Positions 18,468-30,900 are shown, counted from the stretch's first letter. The stretch is DNA of 64,000 bases from an uncultured Candidatus Binatia bacterium (GCA_965218425.1 OZ244621.1:1344001-1408000); one strand, 5' to 3'. Notes: a model not told the origin generated them from the sequence alone. A program made the numbers and translations.

Positions 18468-19442
18468 TCAGTGGCCAGACAGGAGTTTGACGGTAATCAT
18501 TAGCGTCACGGAACCCGCACCTTTGAACGTATTGAGGTTGGTCAAATCGGGGTCCCGCTCATGAAACGGGTGAAGCGAGTATCCGCCTTTGTCTTTGAAG
18601 TCGTCCAGCATTGAATAGGTTAGCTTCAGTCCCAACAGGGCCCTGTCGTTCAGGCGGTAGTCAGCGCCGGTGTGCAGGTGCCAGGCGAAAACCGTGTCGG
18701 ACAGATTGACGTTCTGTCGCGAGTTATAGAACGACAGCGGAGGATCGTACGCTTGGGAAGCACCCGAAGCGTCCTGGTATTCAGCGGAGAACTTCAAACC
18801 GGACACCTCGACAAACGCGATACCCAGCCCAACGCCAACGTATGGAGAAACCCCGCGGTACATCCATGGAAAATCATAGTACCCATTGAGCGAAAGGGTG
18901 CGTATGGTCAGGTCGTTGATCGAGGCGTGGGTATCGGACACGACGGTATCGTCGCTTCTTTCCTTGATGGGCGTCCCGTCATAATAGGTGATGCCACGGA
19001 AACTCTGGTTGATGTCGTTATTACTCTGCGCGAATGAAAGTTCCAGGCGCGCGCGGTCAAAAATGCGGCCGATTGTAAGCTCAAACGCGGGGCCGACATT
19101 CGTATCGATGTCGTAGCGCCAGCGGTATCCAGAGACTTCCGGAACCGGGTCCGCATCGAAACAATTGCTTGTCGGATAGCAGGTCTGCTCCCGATTCCAG
19201 CCTTCCTGATCCAGGTTGGGTGCCCAGTTCACTCCGATACCTGCGCCGATGTACCACCGAGGGTCCAGCGCCGGTGGCTCCCGGCTCTCACCGGCCAGGC
19301 TTGAGGGGACAGAGATCGCCAGGATTACACCCAAGGCGAACGGGGTGAATAATGCCAGCGCCCCCAAGCGCTCTGGACACGTCCCGGGTGTTTGGAATTG
19401 GCTGTGGTCGCGGAACTGTAGCTGAGTAATTCGTATAATCAT
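18468..19442 (-). CDS. Outer-membrane beta-barrel protein (opacity/Omp-like 8-strand family) with large loops
   Basis: Signal-like segment, WYIGAGIG, R.ELS, LSLNGYYDF...SPYVGVGLG.A.V, FAW....G.DY.L.....L.L.L.Y. Confidence 0.75.
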   Translation of the reverse strand: MIIRITQLQFRDHSQFQTPGTCPERLGALALFTPFALGVILAISVPSSLAGESREPPALDPRWYIGAGIGVNWAPNLDQEGWNREQTCYPTSNCFDADPVPEVSGYRWRYDIDTNVGPAFELTIGRIFDRARLELSFAQSNNDINQSFRGITYYDGTPIKERSDDTVVSDTHASINDLTIRTLSLNGYYDFPWMYRGVSPYVGVGLGIAFVEVSGLKFSAEYQDASGASQAYDPPLSFYNSRQNVNLSDTVFAWHLHTGADYRLNDRALLGLKLTYSMLDDFKDKGGYSLHPFHERDPDLTNLNTFKGAGSVTLMITVKLLSGH

Positions 19443-19627
19443 TCACAATAATGACAATTATCAGGTATATCAAGGGGCCTTGTTGCACGGATCGGGGCGG
19501 AGAAGGAATTCGCCCGTTCCCAAGCTGTAGCGTCATGAGATGCGTTCGAACACCCGCGCCCCCCTGACGGCACCCCGCCGACAGCGTCTGCCGATTTCAC
19601 CGGCATAGCCCGGACACCATCGAGAGG

Positions 19628-20349
19628 ACGAGGCCGGCGGCGGCTTCTGCCACGGCTACGATGTGGTGAGGCGCACCGACAGCATGGGCGAGCCGGTCCA
19701 GGGGGAGCGGCGGATCAACGAGGCCAAGGCCGGGATCGTGCGCCGCGTCTTCAAAGTTCGCCGGCGGCGTCAGCCCGCGCGCCATGGCGAGCCGTTTCAA
19801 CGCCGAGAGCGTTCCCGGCCCGCCCGGCGCCTTGTGGACCGACTCCACCTTACGCGGCCACGCCAGGCGCTGCACCGGCATCCTCAACAACGAGCTTTAC
19901 ATTGGGCGTCTGGTTTGGAACCGCCTGCACTATGTCAAGAACCCGGAGACCAGCAAGCGCGTCTCCCGGATCAATCCGCCCGAGGACTGGATCACGGTGG
20001 AGGTGCCCGAGATCCGCATTGTCGATGAGTTGTGGCAGGCCGCGAAGGATCGGCAGAGGGAGCTTTCCATCAAGCTATGCCCACGTCATCGAAGCCACCC
20101 GCGCCGCTCATGCCAATCGCCAGAATCGCACCCATTGGCTCCGCTCGCCGCTCCACGGCTTGCTGGAGTGCGGGATTTGCAACGGTTCCTACGCCCTGCG
20201 CGGCCAGATCAACGCCACCCTTCATGGCGACCCCGGCACGATCCTTGAATGGACGGCGAGCAAGGAACAAAACCGACACACCCGCCGCAGGAATGTCGGT
20301 CTCGGTGGTTGCGGGGGGTGGATTTGAACCACCGACCTCAAGGTTATGA
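19628..20349 (+). pseudogene. Large serine recombinase remnant (recombinase and zinc-ribbon portion, frameshifted, internally deleted)
   Basis: Across frames: AGGGFCHGYDVV...GERRINEA.A.IVRRVF / SPRA.A..FNAE.VPGP.G..W.DSTLRG...TGILNNELYIGRLVWNR..YVKNPET.KRVSR.NP..W...EVPE.RIV / GLLECGICNGSY / ATLHGD...[12 protein letters not shown]. The catalytic N-terminal domain is absent. Confidence 0.85.
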
Positions 20350-20382
20350 GCCTTGCGAGCTACCGGACTGCTCCACCCCGCG
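20306..20382 (-). tRNA. tRNA-Met(CAT), initiator (fMet) type
   Basis: Minus strand CGCGGGGTGGAGCAGTCCGGTAGCTCGCAAGGCTCATAACCTTGAGGTCGGTGGTTCAAATCCACCCCCCGCAACCA: 77 nt, C1:A72 mismatch, CAT anticodon, encoded CCA. Confidence 0.97.
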
Positions 20383-20449
20383 ACAATCGATTTTCGTATA
20401 CCTTTTTATTTATATTGTGCCTCCGGCAAAGTCAAGGTGCAGTGCGACA

Positions 20450-20980
20450 ATGAAACGCGAACGACTCACTCCTCGAGTGAGCGTGGACATCATTATTGAG
20501 ATGGATCAGAGCCGAATTGTGTTAATTGAAAGAAAGAATCCGCCCCACGGATGGGCCCTGCCGGGGGGATTTGCAGATTACGGTGAGAGTCTAGAAACAG
20601 CGAGCGTGAGAGAGGCCAAGGAAGAAACCTGCCTGGATGTCCAACTCTTGGAGCAGTTTCATTCCTATTCCAATCCTCAGCGTGACCCGCGCGATCACAC
20701 AATCACAACAGTATTTATTGCCCGGGCAAGCGGCGTGCCGAAGGGAAGCGACGACGCCAGGCGGGCGGAGTCCTTTACCGAAAAGGACTTGCCTTCTCCA
20801 CTGGTTTTCGATCATGCCCAAATCCTAGAGGACTATTTCAATTATAAGAGAACGGGCCGGAGGTTGTGCGGGGACGGTGATCTGGACGGGATGGGCCATC
20901 TTTGCATACCATCTGTGGCAGCAGAGGTAAAAGATGGGGGTAAGGACTGCTCCTTCTCGACAATGAAATGCCTGATGTGA
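20450..20980 (+). CDS. NUDIX hydrolase
   Basis: [40 protein letters not shown] (Nudix box), YS.P.RDPR.HT, L.FDH..IL.DY. Start at ATG 20450. Confidence 0.9.
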   Translation: MKRERLTPRVSVDIIIEMDQSRIVLIERKNPPHGWALPGGFADYGESLETASVREAKEETCLDVQLLEQFHSYSNPQRDPRDHTITTVFIARASGVPKGSDDARRAESFTEKDLPSPLVFDHAQILEDYFNYKRTGRRLCGDGDLDGMGHLCIPSVAAEVKDGGKDCSFSTMKCLM

Positions 20981-21140
20981 TTGCCAGGGCCATAGAGTCA
21001 TCTACAGACGGTAGTTTTTCAGTGAGAACTAATCAGTGAAAAATTAATAAGTTGAACGTTTTTCCAAGTACTCTTTTTCATCGAAGCCATCATTGAGCTT
21101 GACTGGAGAAAGGCATGTGATAGAGGTAACTGTTTAGTTT

Positions 21141-21383
21141 ATGGAACAAAATAAGAGTGCACTAAACCTTGAGGAGGCCAAGCTTCAAAAACTAAGGGGC
21201 ATTACCAATCTCACGGTGACCCTCCTCTATCAGGCCGACCTTACCCTGGCGGATGCGCAGGAACTCATTGCTCAAACCAAGTCGAAGGCTCTGGAGCTCT
21301 TTCCGGACAAAGGAGACACCTTTGACCTGATCTACGGTTCCCGTTTTCGCCGCATCCTGGCAGAGAGGTATCGCCTCCAGTAA
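21141..21383 (+). CDS. Small helical hypothetical protein upstream of uvrA
   Basis: 80 aa, amphipathic, ending AL.LFPDK..TFDLIYG.RF.RIL.ER; fills the gap before uvrA on the same strand. Confidence 0.7.
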   Translation: MEQNKSALNLEEAKLQKLRGITNLTVTLLYQADLTLADAQELIAQTKSKALELFPDKGDTFDLIYGSRFRRILAERYRLQ

Positions 21384-21438
21384 CCGGTATCGTATAACGT
21401 CGCCTTAGTTTCCTATCCCGGGTCTCTATTTTAGATCT

Positions 21439-24400
21439 ATGAAACAGAATTGGATACGTATTCGAGGGGCTAAACAGAATAATCTGAAGAACCTCGATCT
21501 CGAGATTCCCCTGAATTCCCTTACGGTGGTCACCGGTGTGAGCGGTTCGGGGAAATCGACTCTCGCCTTCAACGTCCTATACGCGGAGGGGCAAAGGCGC
21601 TATGTGGAAAGCTTCTCCGCCTACGCCCGTCAGTTCCTTGACCGCATGGAAAAACCCAACGTAGAGAGCATTGAAGGGATTCCTCCAACCATCGCCATCG
21701 ATCAGAGCCGTCCGGTCAAGACCTCTCGCTCCACCATCGGAACCATGACGGAGCTTCACGACCACTTCAAGCTGCTATTTTCTAAAATTGCCGTGCTCCA
21801 CTGCACAGGTTGCGACCGGGTGGTTGAAAAAGACACCCCACTTTCCGTTTTCAAAACCCTATCCCCGTTACCGGAAGGGTCTCCTCTTGTACTGACTTTC
21901 CCCATGGCACTACCCCCCTCGCTTCCCTGGAACGAGGTCAGGGGAGGGCTCATCAATGCCGGTTTCCATCGCTTGCTCGAAAATCGATCCATTCGTGAAT
22001 TGGAGGAGGTAACAAAACCTCCAAAGGGGGGCCTCGAAATCGTGGTGGATCGTTTCGCCTATCGTCCGCAATCGAGGAAAAGGATCATGGATTCCCTGGA
22101 GCAGGCGTTCCACTTCGGCAAGGGCAAACTAAACCTGTATCAAGCAGAACAGGATTGGAAACGAGAACCCTTCAGCAACCTATTTCATTGTCCTCACTGC
22201 GAGCTGTCCTACAACAATCCAATGTCCAATCTCTTTTCCTTTAACAGCCCCCTTGGGGCCTGTGATCATTGTCGTGGATTTGGTCGTGTTATCGATATCG
22301 ACATGGACCTGGTCATCCCGGATCCAGCAAAATCTCTTAACGACGGGGCCATTAAACCCTGGGCCACCAAGAAGAGGCGAATGCGCAGGCTCATGGAGTT
22401 CTGTGAGCGAAAGCGAATCCCCACGGACAAGCCTTTCCACCTGCTAAAAGAAAAACAAAAAGACATGATCCTGAACGGGAACGGGACGTTCAGGGGGGTG
22501 CGGGGCTGGTTCCAGCGCATGGAGCGTCGAAGCTATAGGATGCATGTGCGCGTCTTTCTCGCGCGCTACCGCAAATATCTCCTTTGTCCCCAGTGCCAAG
22601 GGACGCGGATGAAACCCGAAGCCCTTACCTTTCGTGTCCAGGGGAAAAACATCGCCGCCGTCAACGGCATGAGCATCGGCGAGGCCACCCGTTTCTTCGA
22701 GCGGTTCAAACTCACAGACCAAAACGATCAGGTGGCCGGCCTCATCCTCGACGAGATCCGAAGGAGACTCGAGTACCTGGTTGGCGTTGGATTGGAATAC
22801 CTCACCTTGGATCGACAATCGCGCACCCTCTCTGGAGGCGAGCTGGAACGTGTGGACCTCACCACAGCCATTGGTTCGTCTCTGGTGAACACCCTTTACG
22901 TCCTCGACGAGCCCTCCATCGGCCTGCACCCTCGGGATAGCCACCGTCTCGTGGAAATTCTCCACCATTTGAGGGCCAACAAAAACACCGTGGTGGTTGT
23001 GGAGCACGACCCTGAGATTATCAAAGAGAGCGATTACGTCATCGACCTTGGACCGAAGGCGGGTGAAGAAGGAGGCCGGACCATCTATGCCGGCCCCTAT
23101 GAAGGTTTACTCAAGAGTCGGACCTCCCTCACCGCCGCCTACCTTACCCGGCGCAAGACCATTGCGTTCCCCTCAAGTCATCGTCACCCTAAGGTCAACC
23201 GGGTGGTGAAGATACTGGGCGCAGAGGTCAACAATCTCAAAAATATCGATGTAGAAATTCCCCTGGGGCTTTTTACCTGTATCACAGGCGTATCGGGCTC
23301 CGGCAAATCAAGCCTCGTGGATGAGGTCATTTACCGCAACATTCGAAAGCTCAAGACCTCCCCCTTGGCCACACTGACCCATTGCAGCTCCATCCAGGGA
23401 GCAGAGAAGGTTTCCGAAATTATCATGGTGGACCAATCTCCCTTGAGTACAACTCCGCGCTCCAACCCGGCCACCTACATGAAGGCCTTCGATGCGGTCC
23501 GCCGCCTCTTCGCCTCCGCCGAGATCTCACGCCTTAGGGGGTATACGCCTTCCACCTTTTCGTTCAACGTCGAGGGGGGAAGATGCGACTCCTGCCAGGG
23601 CGAGGGGTTCGAAAAGATCGAGATGCAGTTCCTTTCAGACGTCTACACCCCTTGTTCCGAGTGTAACGGGGCGCGTTTCAGGGGGGAGATCCTCGAGGTT
23701 TTCTTTCGGGGTCGAAATATTCAACAGATTCTGGAAATGACCGTTGCCGAAGCCTTGGAGTTCTTCCACGACTCCTCCGAAGTCCAAGACCGCCTTCGCC
23801 CCCTGCGCCTGGTGGGTCTCGACTACCTTCGCTTGGGCCAACCCTTGACAACCCTATCCGGTGGCGAGTCCCAGCGGCTGAAACTCGCGGCCCACATATC
23901 CCGGGCAAAGAAGGCCGCTGCCCTATTTATCTTCGATGAGCCCACCACTGGCCTTCACTTCCACGACATTGAAAAGCTCCTCTTCGCCTTTAACGAGCTC
24001 ATGGACGAAGGGCATACCGTCGTGGTCATCGAACACAACATGGAAGTGATCAAATGTGCCGACCGCATCATCGATCTTGGTCCAGAGGGTGGTGACCGCG
24101 GCGGGGAGATCGTGGCCGTGGGGACCCCCGAAGAAGTTGTAAAGGTAGAAAGGTCCCATACCGGCCGTTACCTGAAGTCCCATCTGGAACAGGAAAAAGG
24201 ATCCCCATTCACGCCCCTTCTCGAGAAAACACTGAAGGTGAATGGGAACGGCTCCGGGCCGGAGCAACATTCCATTGCGGTGGTGGGAGCAAAGGAACAC
24301 AACCTGAAGAATATTAATCTGGAGATTGCTCGTGACCGCTTCGTTGTGATCACCGGTTTGAGCGGTTCGGGTAAATCCTCTTTGGCCTTTGATATCATTT

Positions 24401-27117
24401 ACGCCGAGGGACAACGGCGTTACATTGACAGTCTTTCCACCTATGCGCGCCAATTTATAAAGGTCATGGCCCGGCCCAATGTAGACCTGCTGCTGGGGAT
24501 TCCGCCCACCGTGGCCATCGAGCAGCGCCTCAGCCGGGGGGGAAAGAAATCCACCGTGGCCACGGTCACCGAGATCTACCATTACTTACGTCTGCTCTAT
24601 TCAAAAGTAGGTAAGCAGCATTGTTTGCAGTGCGATCGTCCCATCACTTCCCTCACCAAGAGTCAGATCTTGGACCGCATCTCCCGAGCCCATAGAGGGG
24701 AAGATGTAACCATAATCAGTCCCATCGTAAGGGGACGTAAGGGGTTTCATAAGGAGGTGATGGCCAGCGCCAAGAAACTCGGCTACCGCAGGGCGCGGAT
24801 CGACGGCGAGATGATCGACCTTAGGTCCCCCACGCTCTTGGCTGGACTGCAACGTTACCAGGAGCACGACGTGGATGTGGTGATTGGAACCGTTAAGGCC
24901 GGAGGGCGAGGCATGGAGACCCTGGTGGACCAAGGGCTACGCCTTGGCAACGGTGTGATCCATCTCCTCTCCGGACAGAGCGAGCGGATTTTTAACCAGC
25001 GTCATTTTTGCCTTCGTTGTGGCATCGGCTATGAACCGCTGGACCCCAGACTATTTTCCTTTAACAGTCGCCATGGATGGTGCCCCCAATGTACAGGGAT
25101 GGGGTACGATTGGGATTTTGATCCAGATCTGATGGTGCCCGACCCCCAAAGACCCGTTGCAGAGATTTTCTCATCCCTATGGTCCGCATCGGCGCAGCAT
25201 GGGGCATTGAAACCAGGGTTATCTCGGCTACTGCGCGAGGCCAAAGAGAAGCACCGAATCGACATCAGTTCACCCTTCTCACGGCTTTCAAAGAAAGACA
25301 GGGAGGTCCTTGTTCACGGTAAGGCAAAGCCTTCTTCTTTCCTAGGCCTTATCCCTCACCTGAGAAAACTCAGGGAAAAAGTAGAGGAGGGGACTCCCGG
25401 ACCCCTGGCCGATTTTATGAGTGAATACTCATGTGCCACCTGCAAAGGCAGCAGGCTCAACCAGCGGGCCCAAGCCGTCAAGATAAACGGGAAATCCATT
25501 TCGCAGGTGGCTGCACTTCCGGTCAAAGAAGGGCTGGGATATTTCCAATCCCTGCAGACGGCTGGGACCAGTGAGAAATCACGGTCAGAACGGGATCAAA
25601 CCATTACCGAGAAGGTCCTCAGGGAAATTCATCACCGGTTAAAGTTTCTCCATGAGGTGGGACTTTCCTACCTGACTCTGGACCGCCGTGCGGACACCCT
25701 TTCCGGAGGAGAAGCCCAACGTGTCCGTCTGGCTGCCCAATTGGGATCCAACCTCCGGGGGGTTTGCTATATTCTCGACGAGCCGACCATAGGGCTCCAC
25801 GCCAGGGATAATGGAATGCTTCTGCGCACCTTGGAACGGCTGGTGGAGGGAGGGAACACAGTCCTGGTGGTGGAGCATGATGAAGCGACCATTGACTCGG
25901 CTGAGCTGGTGGTGGACCTGGGACCTGGAGCGGGAATTCATGGGGGACGAGTGGTGGCCATGGGCAGCCCCAAACAGATCAAGGAAAATCCCAACTCACT
26001 GACTGGTGCATTTTTAAGAGCAACCCGAAAGAGAAATTGGCCCGAACGCCTGCTATCCAACTACCCGTGGCTGACCGTCCATGGGGCCAAAGCCAACAAC
26101 CTTAAAAATATTGACGCCCGTTTCCCTCTCGGAGCCTGGAGCTGTGTCACGGGAGTTTCAGGTTCGGGAAAGAGCACCTTGGTGAAGGAGGTTCTTTATA
26201 AAGGCCTCAAATTGAACCGGGGACAGACGGCTGGCCGCCCGGGAAAGTATCGGAAAATCACCGGAGGCGAACACCTCCAGAGGATCGTCGAAGTCGATCA
26301 AAGCCCCATTGGCAAAACTCCCCGGTCAGTTCCCGCTTCATACGTGGGATTCCTCGATGAAATCCGCAGGATCTTCTCTCTCACCCCTGAGTCCAGGGTG
26401 CGCGGCTATGCCCCGAGCCGGTTCTCTTTCAACGTGCGTGGAGGCCGCTGCGAGGAATGCGCCGGGCAGGGAAAAATCAAGAAAGAGATGAGCTTTTTGC
26501 CCGATGTCTTTATCGAATGCGAGACATGTGGGGGAGACCGCTTCAATGAAGAGACACTGGCAATCCGATACAATGACAAGAACATAGCTCAAGTTCTGAA
26601 CATGACTGTTGAAGAAGGGGTGGAATACTTTCGCCCCTTCCCCCATGTCCATCGCCCCTTGCAAATCCTCGAGCAAGTGGGGATGGGCTATATGACTCTT
26701 GGTCAATCCAGCAATACACTCTCCGGCGGTGAGGCTCAGAGGATCAAGCTGGCCTACGAGCTGGGTAAGGAGTCGCGCGGGAGAACGCTTTACGTCCTGG
26801 ATGAGCCCACCACCGGGCTTCACTTCGTGGACGTGGAGAAACTCATCAACATTCTCCACCGCCTTGTTGAAGCCGGGAATACGGTGATCACCATTGAGCA
26901 CAATCTCGAGATTATTAAAGAGGCCGACTATTTGTTGGACCTTGGTCCTGAGGGGGGTCACGAGGGAGGCCAGGTGGTGGCGTGCGGCCCCCCCATCGAG
27001 GTTATCAAGAACGGGAAACGCTCCCACACATCCCGTTTTTTGAAGGACTATCTCAAAGGCCAATCTCAGCAGGCAAAACGCAACGGACTTCATTCAGAGT
27101 CCGCCCGCGCAGTTTGA
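21439..27117 (+). CDS. uvrA: Excinuclease ABC subunit A, tandem-duplicated (1892 aa, four ABC ATPase modules)
   Basis: Four GxSGSGKS Walker A motifs, two YAEGQRRY motifs, four LSGGE signatures and repeated CxxC zinc modules. Confidence 0.95.
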   Translation: MKQNWIRIRGAKQNNLKNLDLEIPLNSLTVVTGVSGSGKSTLAFNVLYAEGQRRYVESFSAYARQFLDRMEKPNVESIEGIPPTIAIDQSRPVKTSRSTIGTMTELHDHFKLLFSKIAVLHCTGCDRVVEKDTPLSVFKTLSPLPEGSPLVLTFPMALPPSLPWNEVRGGLINAGFHRLLENRSIRELEEVTKPPKGGLEIVVDRFAYRPQSRKRIMDSLEQAFHFGKGKLNLYQAEQDWKREPFSNLFHCPHCELSYNNPMSNLFSFNSPLGACDHCRGFGRVIDIDMDLVIPDPAKSLNDGAIKPWATKKRRMRRLMEFCERKRIPTDKPFHLLKEKQKDMILNGNGTFRGVRGWFQRMERRSYRMHVRVFLARYRKYLLCPQCQGTRMKPEALTFRVQGKNIAAVNGMSIGEATRFFERFKLTDQNDQVAGLILDEIRRRLEYLVGVGLEYLTLDRQSRTLSGGELERVDLTTAIGSSLVNTLYVLDEPSIGLHPRDSHRLVEILHHLRANKNTVVVVEHDPEIIKESDYVIDLGPKAGEEGGRTIYAGPYEGLLKSRTSLTAAYLTRRKTIAFPSSHRHPKVNRVVKILGAEVNNLKNIDVEIPLGLFTCITGVSGSGKSSLVDEVIYRNIRKLKTSPLATLTHCSSIQGAEKVSEIIMVDQSPLSTTPRSNPATYMKAFDAVRRLFASAEISRLRGYTPSTFSFNVEGGRCDSCQGEGFEKIEMQFLSDVYTPCSECNGARFRGEILEVFFRGRNIQQILEMTVAEALEFFHDSSEVQDRLRPLRLVGLDYLRLGQPLTTLSGGESQRLKLAAHISRAKKAAALFIFDEPTTGLHFHDIEKLLFAFNELMDEGHTVVVIEHNMEVIKCADRIIDLGPEGGDRGGEIVAVGTPEEVVKVERSHTGRYLKSHLEQEKGSPFTPLLEKTLKVNGNGSGPEQHSIAVVGAKEHNLKNINLEIARDRFVVITGLSGSGKSSLAFDIIYAEGQRRYIDSLSTYARQFIKVMARPNVDLLLGIPPTVAIEQRLSRGGKKSTVATVTEIYHYLRLLYSKVGKQHCLQCDRPITSLTKSQILDRISRAHRGEDVTIISPIVRGRKGFHKEVMASAKKLGYRRARIDGEMIDLRSPTLLAGLQRYQEHDVDVVIGTVKAGGRGMETLVDQGLRLGNGVIHLLSGQSERIFNQRHFCLRCGIGYEPLDPRLFSFNSRHGWCPQCTGMGYDWDFDPDLMVPDPQRPVAEIFSSLWSASAQHGALKPGLSRLLREAKEKHRIDISSPFSRLSKKDREVLVHGKAKPSSFLGLIPHLRKLREKVEEGTPGPLADFMSEYSCATCKGSRLNQRAQAVKINGKSISQVAALPVKEGLGYFQSLQTAGTSEKSRSERDQTITEKVLREIHHRLKFLHEVGLSYLTLDRRADTLSGGEAQRVRLAAQLGSNLRGVCYILDEPTIGLHARDNGMLLRTLERLVEGGNTVLVVEHDEATIDSAELVVDLGPGAGIHGGRVVAMGSPKQIKENPNSLTGAFLRATRKRNWPERLLSNYPWLTVHGAKANNLKNIDARFPLGAWSCVTGVSGSGKSTLVKEVLYKGLKLNRGQTAGRPGKYRKITGGEHLQRIVEVDQSPIGKTPRSVPASYVGFLDEIRRIFSLTPESRVRGYAPSRFSFNVRGGRCEECAGQGKIKKEMSFLPDVFIECETCGGDRFNEETLAIRYNDKNIAQVLNMTVEEGVEYFRPFPHVHRPLQILEQVGMGYMTLGQSSNTLSGGEAQRIKLAYELGKESRGRTLYVLDEPTTGLHFVDVEKLINILHRLVEAGNTVITIEHNLEIIKEADYLLDLGPEGGHEGGQVVACGPPIEVIKNGKRSHTSRFLKDYLKGQSQQAKRNGLHSESARAV

Positions 27118-27135
27118 TTGGTTCCGAGGTTTGGC

Positions 27136-27939
27136 GTGATCCTCAAGTCACTGGGATCAACTGGAATCAAAGTTCCTGAAATTGGACTTGGCACCTGGCA
27201 ATACGGCGGGGGTGTGGAACCTCTCCGAAAAGGTCTATCCCTGGGAGCTTTTCTGATTGATACAGCCGAGCTGTACGGAACTGAAGGAGTAGTCGGGGAG
27301 GCGGTGAAGGGATGGCGGGACAAAGTCTTTATCGCCACCAAAGTCTCCGGCGCCCACCTCAGACATGACGATGTCCTGAGGGCGGCGGAGAATAGTCTCA
27401 AGATGCTCCGGACGAACACCATTGACCTTTACCAAATCCACTACCCGAATCCGCGAGTGCCCATCAAAGAAACCATGCGCGCCATGGAGACCCTCGTGGA
27501 CAGAAAATTCGTCAGATTCATCGGCGTCAGCAACTTTTCGGTCGGAGAGCTTCAGGAAGCCAGTAACTCCATGGAAAAGTACGGTATCGTTTCCAATCAG
27601 GTGCAATACCACCTGATGGACAGAGAAATTGAGGAGAGCCTGCTACCCTACTGCGAAAAGAATGACATCACGATTCTTGCTTACAGCCCTCTCGCCCGAG
27701 GACGGCTGACATCAAAATCCATGATCAGGCACCGAAGCGCCATGGGCGTCCTTCAGGCAATCGCGAACGAGACCGGCAAGACCATGGCCCAGGTGGCACT
27801 CAACTGGTGCAACGCCAAGCCCAACGTCGTTTCAATTCCTAAGTCCGACAAAGTGGAGCGTGTCGTCGAAAACTGCCAGGCCTCCGGCTGGAGGCTGTCG
27901 AGTGAACAATCAGCTTCTTTGGATAAAGCCTTTGGCTGA
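27136..27939 (+). CDS. Aldo/keto reductase
   Basis: IGLGTWQ, IDTAELYG, IATK, IDLYQIH.P, IGVSNF, SNQV.Y, AYSPL, AQVALNW, IPKS. Confidence 0.92.
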   Translation: MILKSLGSTGIKVPEIGLGTWQYGGGVEPLRKGLSLGAFLIDTAELYGTEGVVGEAVKGWRDKVFIATKVSGAHLRHDDVLRAAENSLKMLRTNTIDLYQIHYPNPRVPIKETMRAMETLVDRKFVRFIGVSNFSVGELQEASNSMEKYGIVSNQVQYHLMDREIEESLLPYCEKNDITILAYSPLARGRLTSKSMIRHRSAMGVLQAIANETGKTMAQVALNWCNAKPNVVSIPKSDKVERVVENCQASGWRLSSEQSASLDKAFG

Positions 27940-27948
27940 AGCAAGGGA

Positions 27949-30900
27949 TTAGGCCCTGATAGAAACGTGAAACCTTCTTAGCGCCAGATCACCTAGAAAG
28001 AATAAGAGACTCAATCCAGACAAGGCCCACCAGGTCTCTTGGGCGGATTGTCTGCTGGTTTTACGCGGGGTAAACAGTCGTTCAAGCCCTTCTCTTAGAC
28101 CGTCCGGCCGTAATACCTCCCCACCCGTCTGCTCGGCCAAGTGGCTCAGCAATGGCGTATTCGGCCTGACCTCGCGGTATTCCTTCGAATAGGGAGCAAC
28201 ATAGGGGACCGTGGTTGCCGTCGAAGAAGGGTCTCCTCTTTCCCCTTGTTGGAAAATTGTGAGGAAGTAGGTCCCGTCGGTGGGGGCGGTAAATCGGGTT
28301 TCATAACGTCCGGGCGCAACCTGGTAAAACGGCCTCTCTTGACTGGCTTTGTTGGGACCTGTCAGAATCCCCTTAGGCGTGAGCTGATTTATAAAACGAC
28401 CGTCAGCTGAGAAAAAATCCACCTGGGTCCTGATCTCTTCTCCCTCCTGGCGAAACTGGGTCTGCACTTTGTTTTCCGATACTCTCTTCATGGCGCTCCG
28501 GGCAAGCTGACTCACCCAACGAGGGAACCCCTCCCACTTCACCCAGTCCTTTCCCCACCTACCGGTCAGATCTGAAGTGAAGGCGACGACCTTTCCCAAA
28601 CCATATCGCCAGGAGATCAACAGGGGATCATCATCCACTTTCATATGAATCTCCGAAACGGGTTTGGGGTGAGTCAAAACATACCCCTGCACGGCAGGAA
28701 TGCCCTTGGTTGAAAGTCCCCTCATGGGACCCGTAAATTGAATGACTTCGGGCCGGACAACTTTCTCCACTAAGAGGTCCTGCGAGATCAAAAGGGTTTC
28801 CGTGGTAAAAATCTGCGGAATGGTTCTGGGATCAACCGTCGCGTAGCCTCTTCCTTTTCCGATCCTGGCAATTTGAGCCATGAGGGCACGGTCTGCATCC
28901 CCGCCCACGGAAACCGTCGATACCGTCGTCGCCTCACCCGCCAACTTCTTCACCAGAGCCTGAAAATCACTTTTATCCGTGAGCCCGTCTGAAAGGACCA
29001 GCACGTGCTTGACGGCGGCCTCCTTGCTGGAAAAGGCTCGCTGGGCTTCGATCAGAGCCTTGTAGAGATCCGTTCCTCCATCGGATTGTAACGAAGCAAT
29101 ACGCTCGGAGATCCATTCTCCCCTCTCAACCCGGGTAAAGGGGATCACCCACTCCCATTCCGCGTCAAAGGCTAAAATGCCCACTTCATCCGAAGGGTTG
29201 AGCAACTCCGCAGAAGCGATGGCCGCCGCCTTGGCCAAATCCAACTTCGTCGCACCCCTTTCCCCCTCGCCCATGCTTCCCGATTTATCTAGAACAAATA
29301 GAAGGGCCACCTGGGGAAGCTCCAGACGTGCGGGAGGCCTCATTTCCACGGGAAGGACCCTTTCCAGGGGAGTCCGGTAATAGCCCCCTGCCCCATAGCT
29401 TTTCGGACCGCCAATGACAACCAATCCACCCCCCAGATCTCTGACATATTTTTCGATCACCTCCATCTTTGCCTGGGACAGATGATAGGCGGGTAGGTTA
29501 TCAAGCACCACGAGATCAAAGGCCGAGAGCTCTGCCAGGCTCAGGCGCCTTCTGGAGGCAGAGGCCTCAACCAATTCGTATCCCTGGACTTTCAAAGCGC
29601 CGGCCATAATACGCTGAGTGTTTTCCGGAGAATGTAAATAAAGAATCCTAGGCGGTCCCTTGACCTCGATGACACCTTGGAGGAGATTGTTCTCGGCAAG
29701 GGTATCGTCGCGAGATTCCACCAAGAGTTCCAGTGTGTGATTTCCCCTTTCCCTCAACACTTCTCTAAAACTAATCCAATTGGTCCCGGGTTTTAATGTG
29801 GCTTCGGTTTGTCTTCTAACGACACCGTCGCGCATGAGTTGGACGTTAACCGTGGTGTCACGGAGGCTTTGAATGGCCCCGCGGATCTCAAAGGTCTCCA
29901 CGCTGTCCACTCGATGAGGAAGCACCAGATCCTTCACATAAACCTCATTTCGACCCTGAAAGAAACTCACTGGATAAGCCCAAACTTGGACGCCATGGGA
30001 CTTGAGTAGCGGGATCAAGGCCGAAACCTTTCCGTGATTCTCATTGCCATCAGAAACAAGGAGTATCCTTCCCTCCCGGTCTCCGCCCAACTGAGCGTGG
30101 GCGGCCTGTAGAGCAGCCGCAATGTCAGTCTGCTCGCGGCCGCCGGGAAGCGAAAAGTCAAATTGAGGAAAATCCCCGCGGGGGAAAAATTCCCAAGCGG
30201 GGTGTTTAGCGAATGTCAGCAACCCGACCCTTGTCTTTGGGCCTTTGAGCCGTTGGGCTTCATCCAAGATGGGAAGAGACTCCTCCTTTGCCTGTTGTCC
30301 CACGCTGCGAGAATAATCCACCGTAAGGACCACATCCAGATCGTCCACAACTTTGGAAAATAAATTTGGGTTGACCAGGGCGATGATCACTGCCATGAGG
30401 GCAGGGATTCGAACCAGCAATGGATAGTAAGACCCACCCCCGCGAAATGCCATAAACCCCTCGGCCAGCAACAGAAATAAAACAAAGGCCAACAGATACG
30501 GCCATAGGGACATCCCCTTCGGAGTTGTCTCCATACTCACCGTCTCCGTTCGGGGCACCGGGGACACGGTGAAGGTCGAACGTATTTGCGACTCGCTTTC
30601 ACTAAATAGATTGACGGCGAACTGACCTGCACTCTCTCCCGCCCAGAAATTATAGAATCCCACCTCGAAGGTGTTAGGAAAAACCAGTGTTCTAGAGTTC
30701 TGCTCCAGGGTTTCCTCCTGGCGAGAAGGCGTTCTAACTTGAACCTGACCATAGGCCTCCTTGAGGCGAAGGGTATGGGAGGTCCCGGCTTGAACCTGAA
30801 CCGCAGGAAACTCGGCCTTTCCCGGACGGAACCAGGAGAAGGCATTTCCAAAGAGAATGGGAAAGGACACTCTGAATGGGAGATCCGAATTTAACAGATC

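Larger units (their letters stand above)
16945..20305. mobile_element. Decayed GC-rich genomic island adjoining the 3' end of tRNA-fMet (left border approximate)
   Basis: Visibly GC-richer sequence and codon usage than the flanks; serine recombinase remnant abutting the tRNA; gene fragments inside. Confidence 0.65.

Noticed and set aside
20249..20449. Long N-terminal extension of the NUDIX ORF
   Set aside because: It reads through the antisense tRNA and recombinase remnant; recognisable NUDIX sequence starts at ATG 20450.
21014..21070. SOS/LexA box upstream of the uvrA unit
   Set aside because: Only an imperfect inverted repeat (TTTTTCAGTGA...TCAGTGAAAAA) and a poor GAAC-N4 match are present; neither fits a LexA consensus I can defend.
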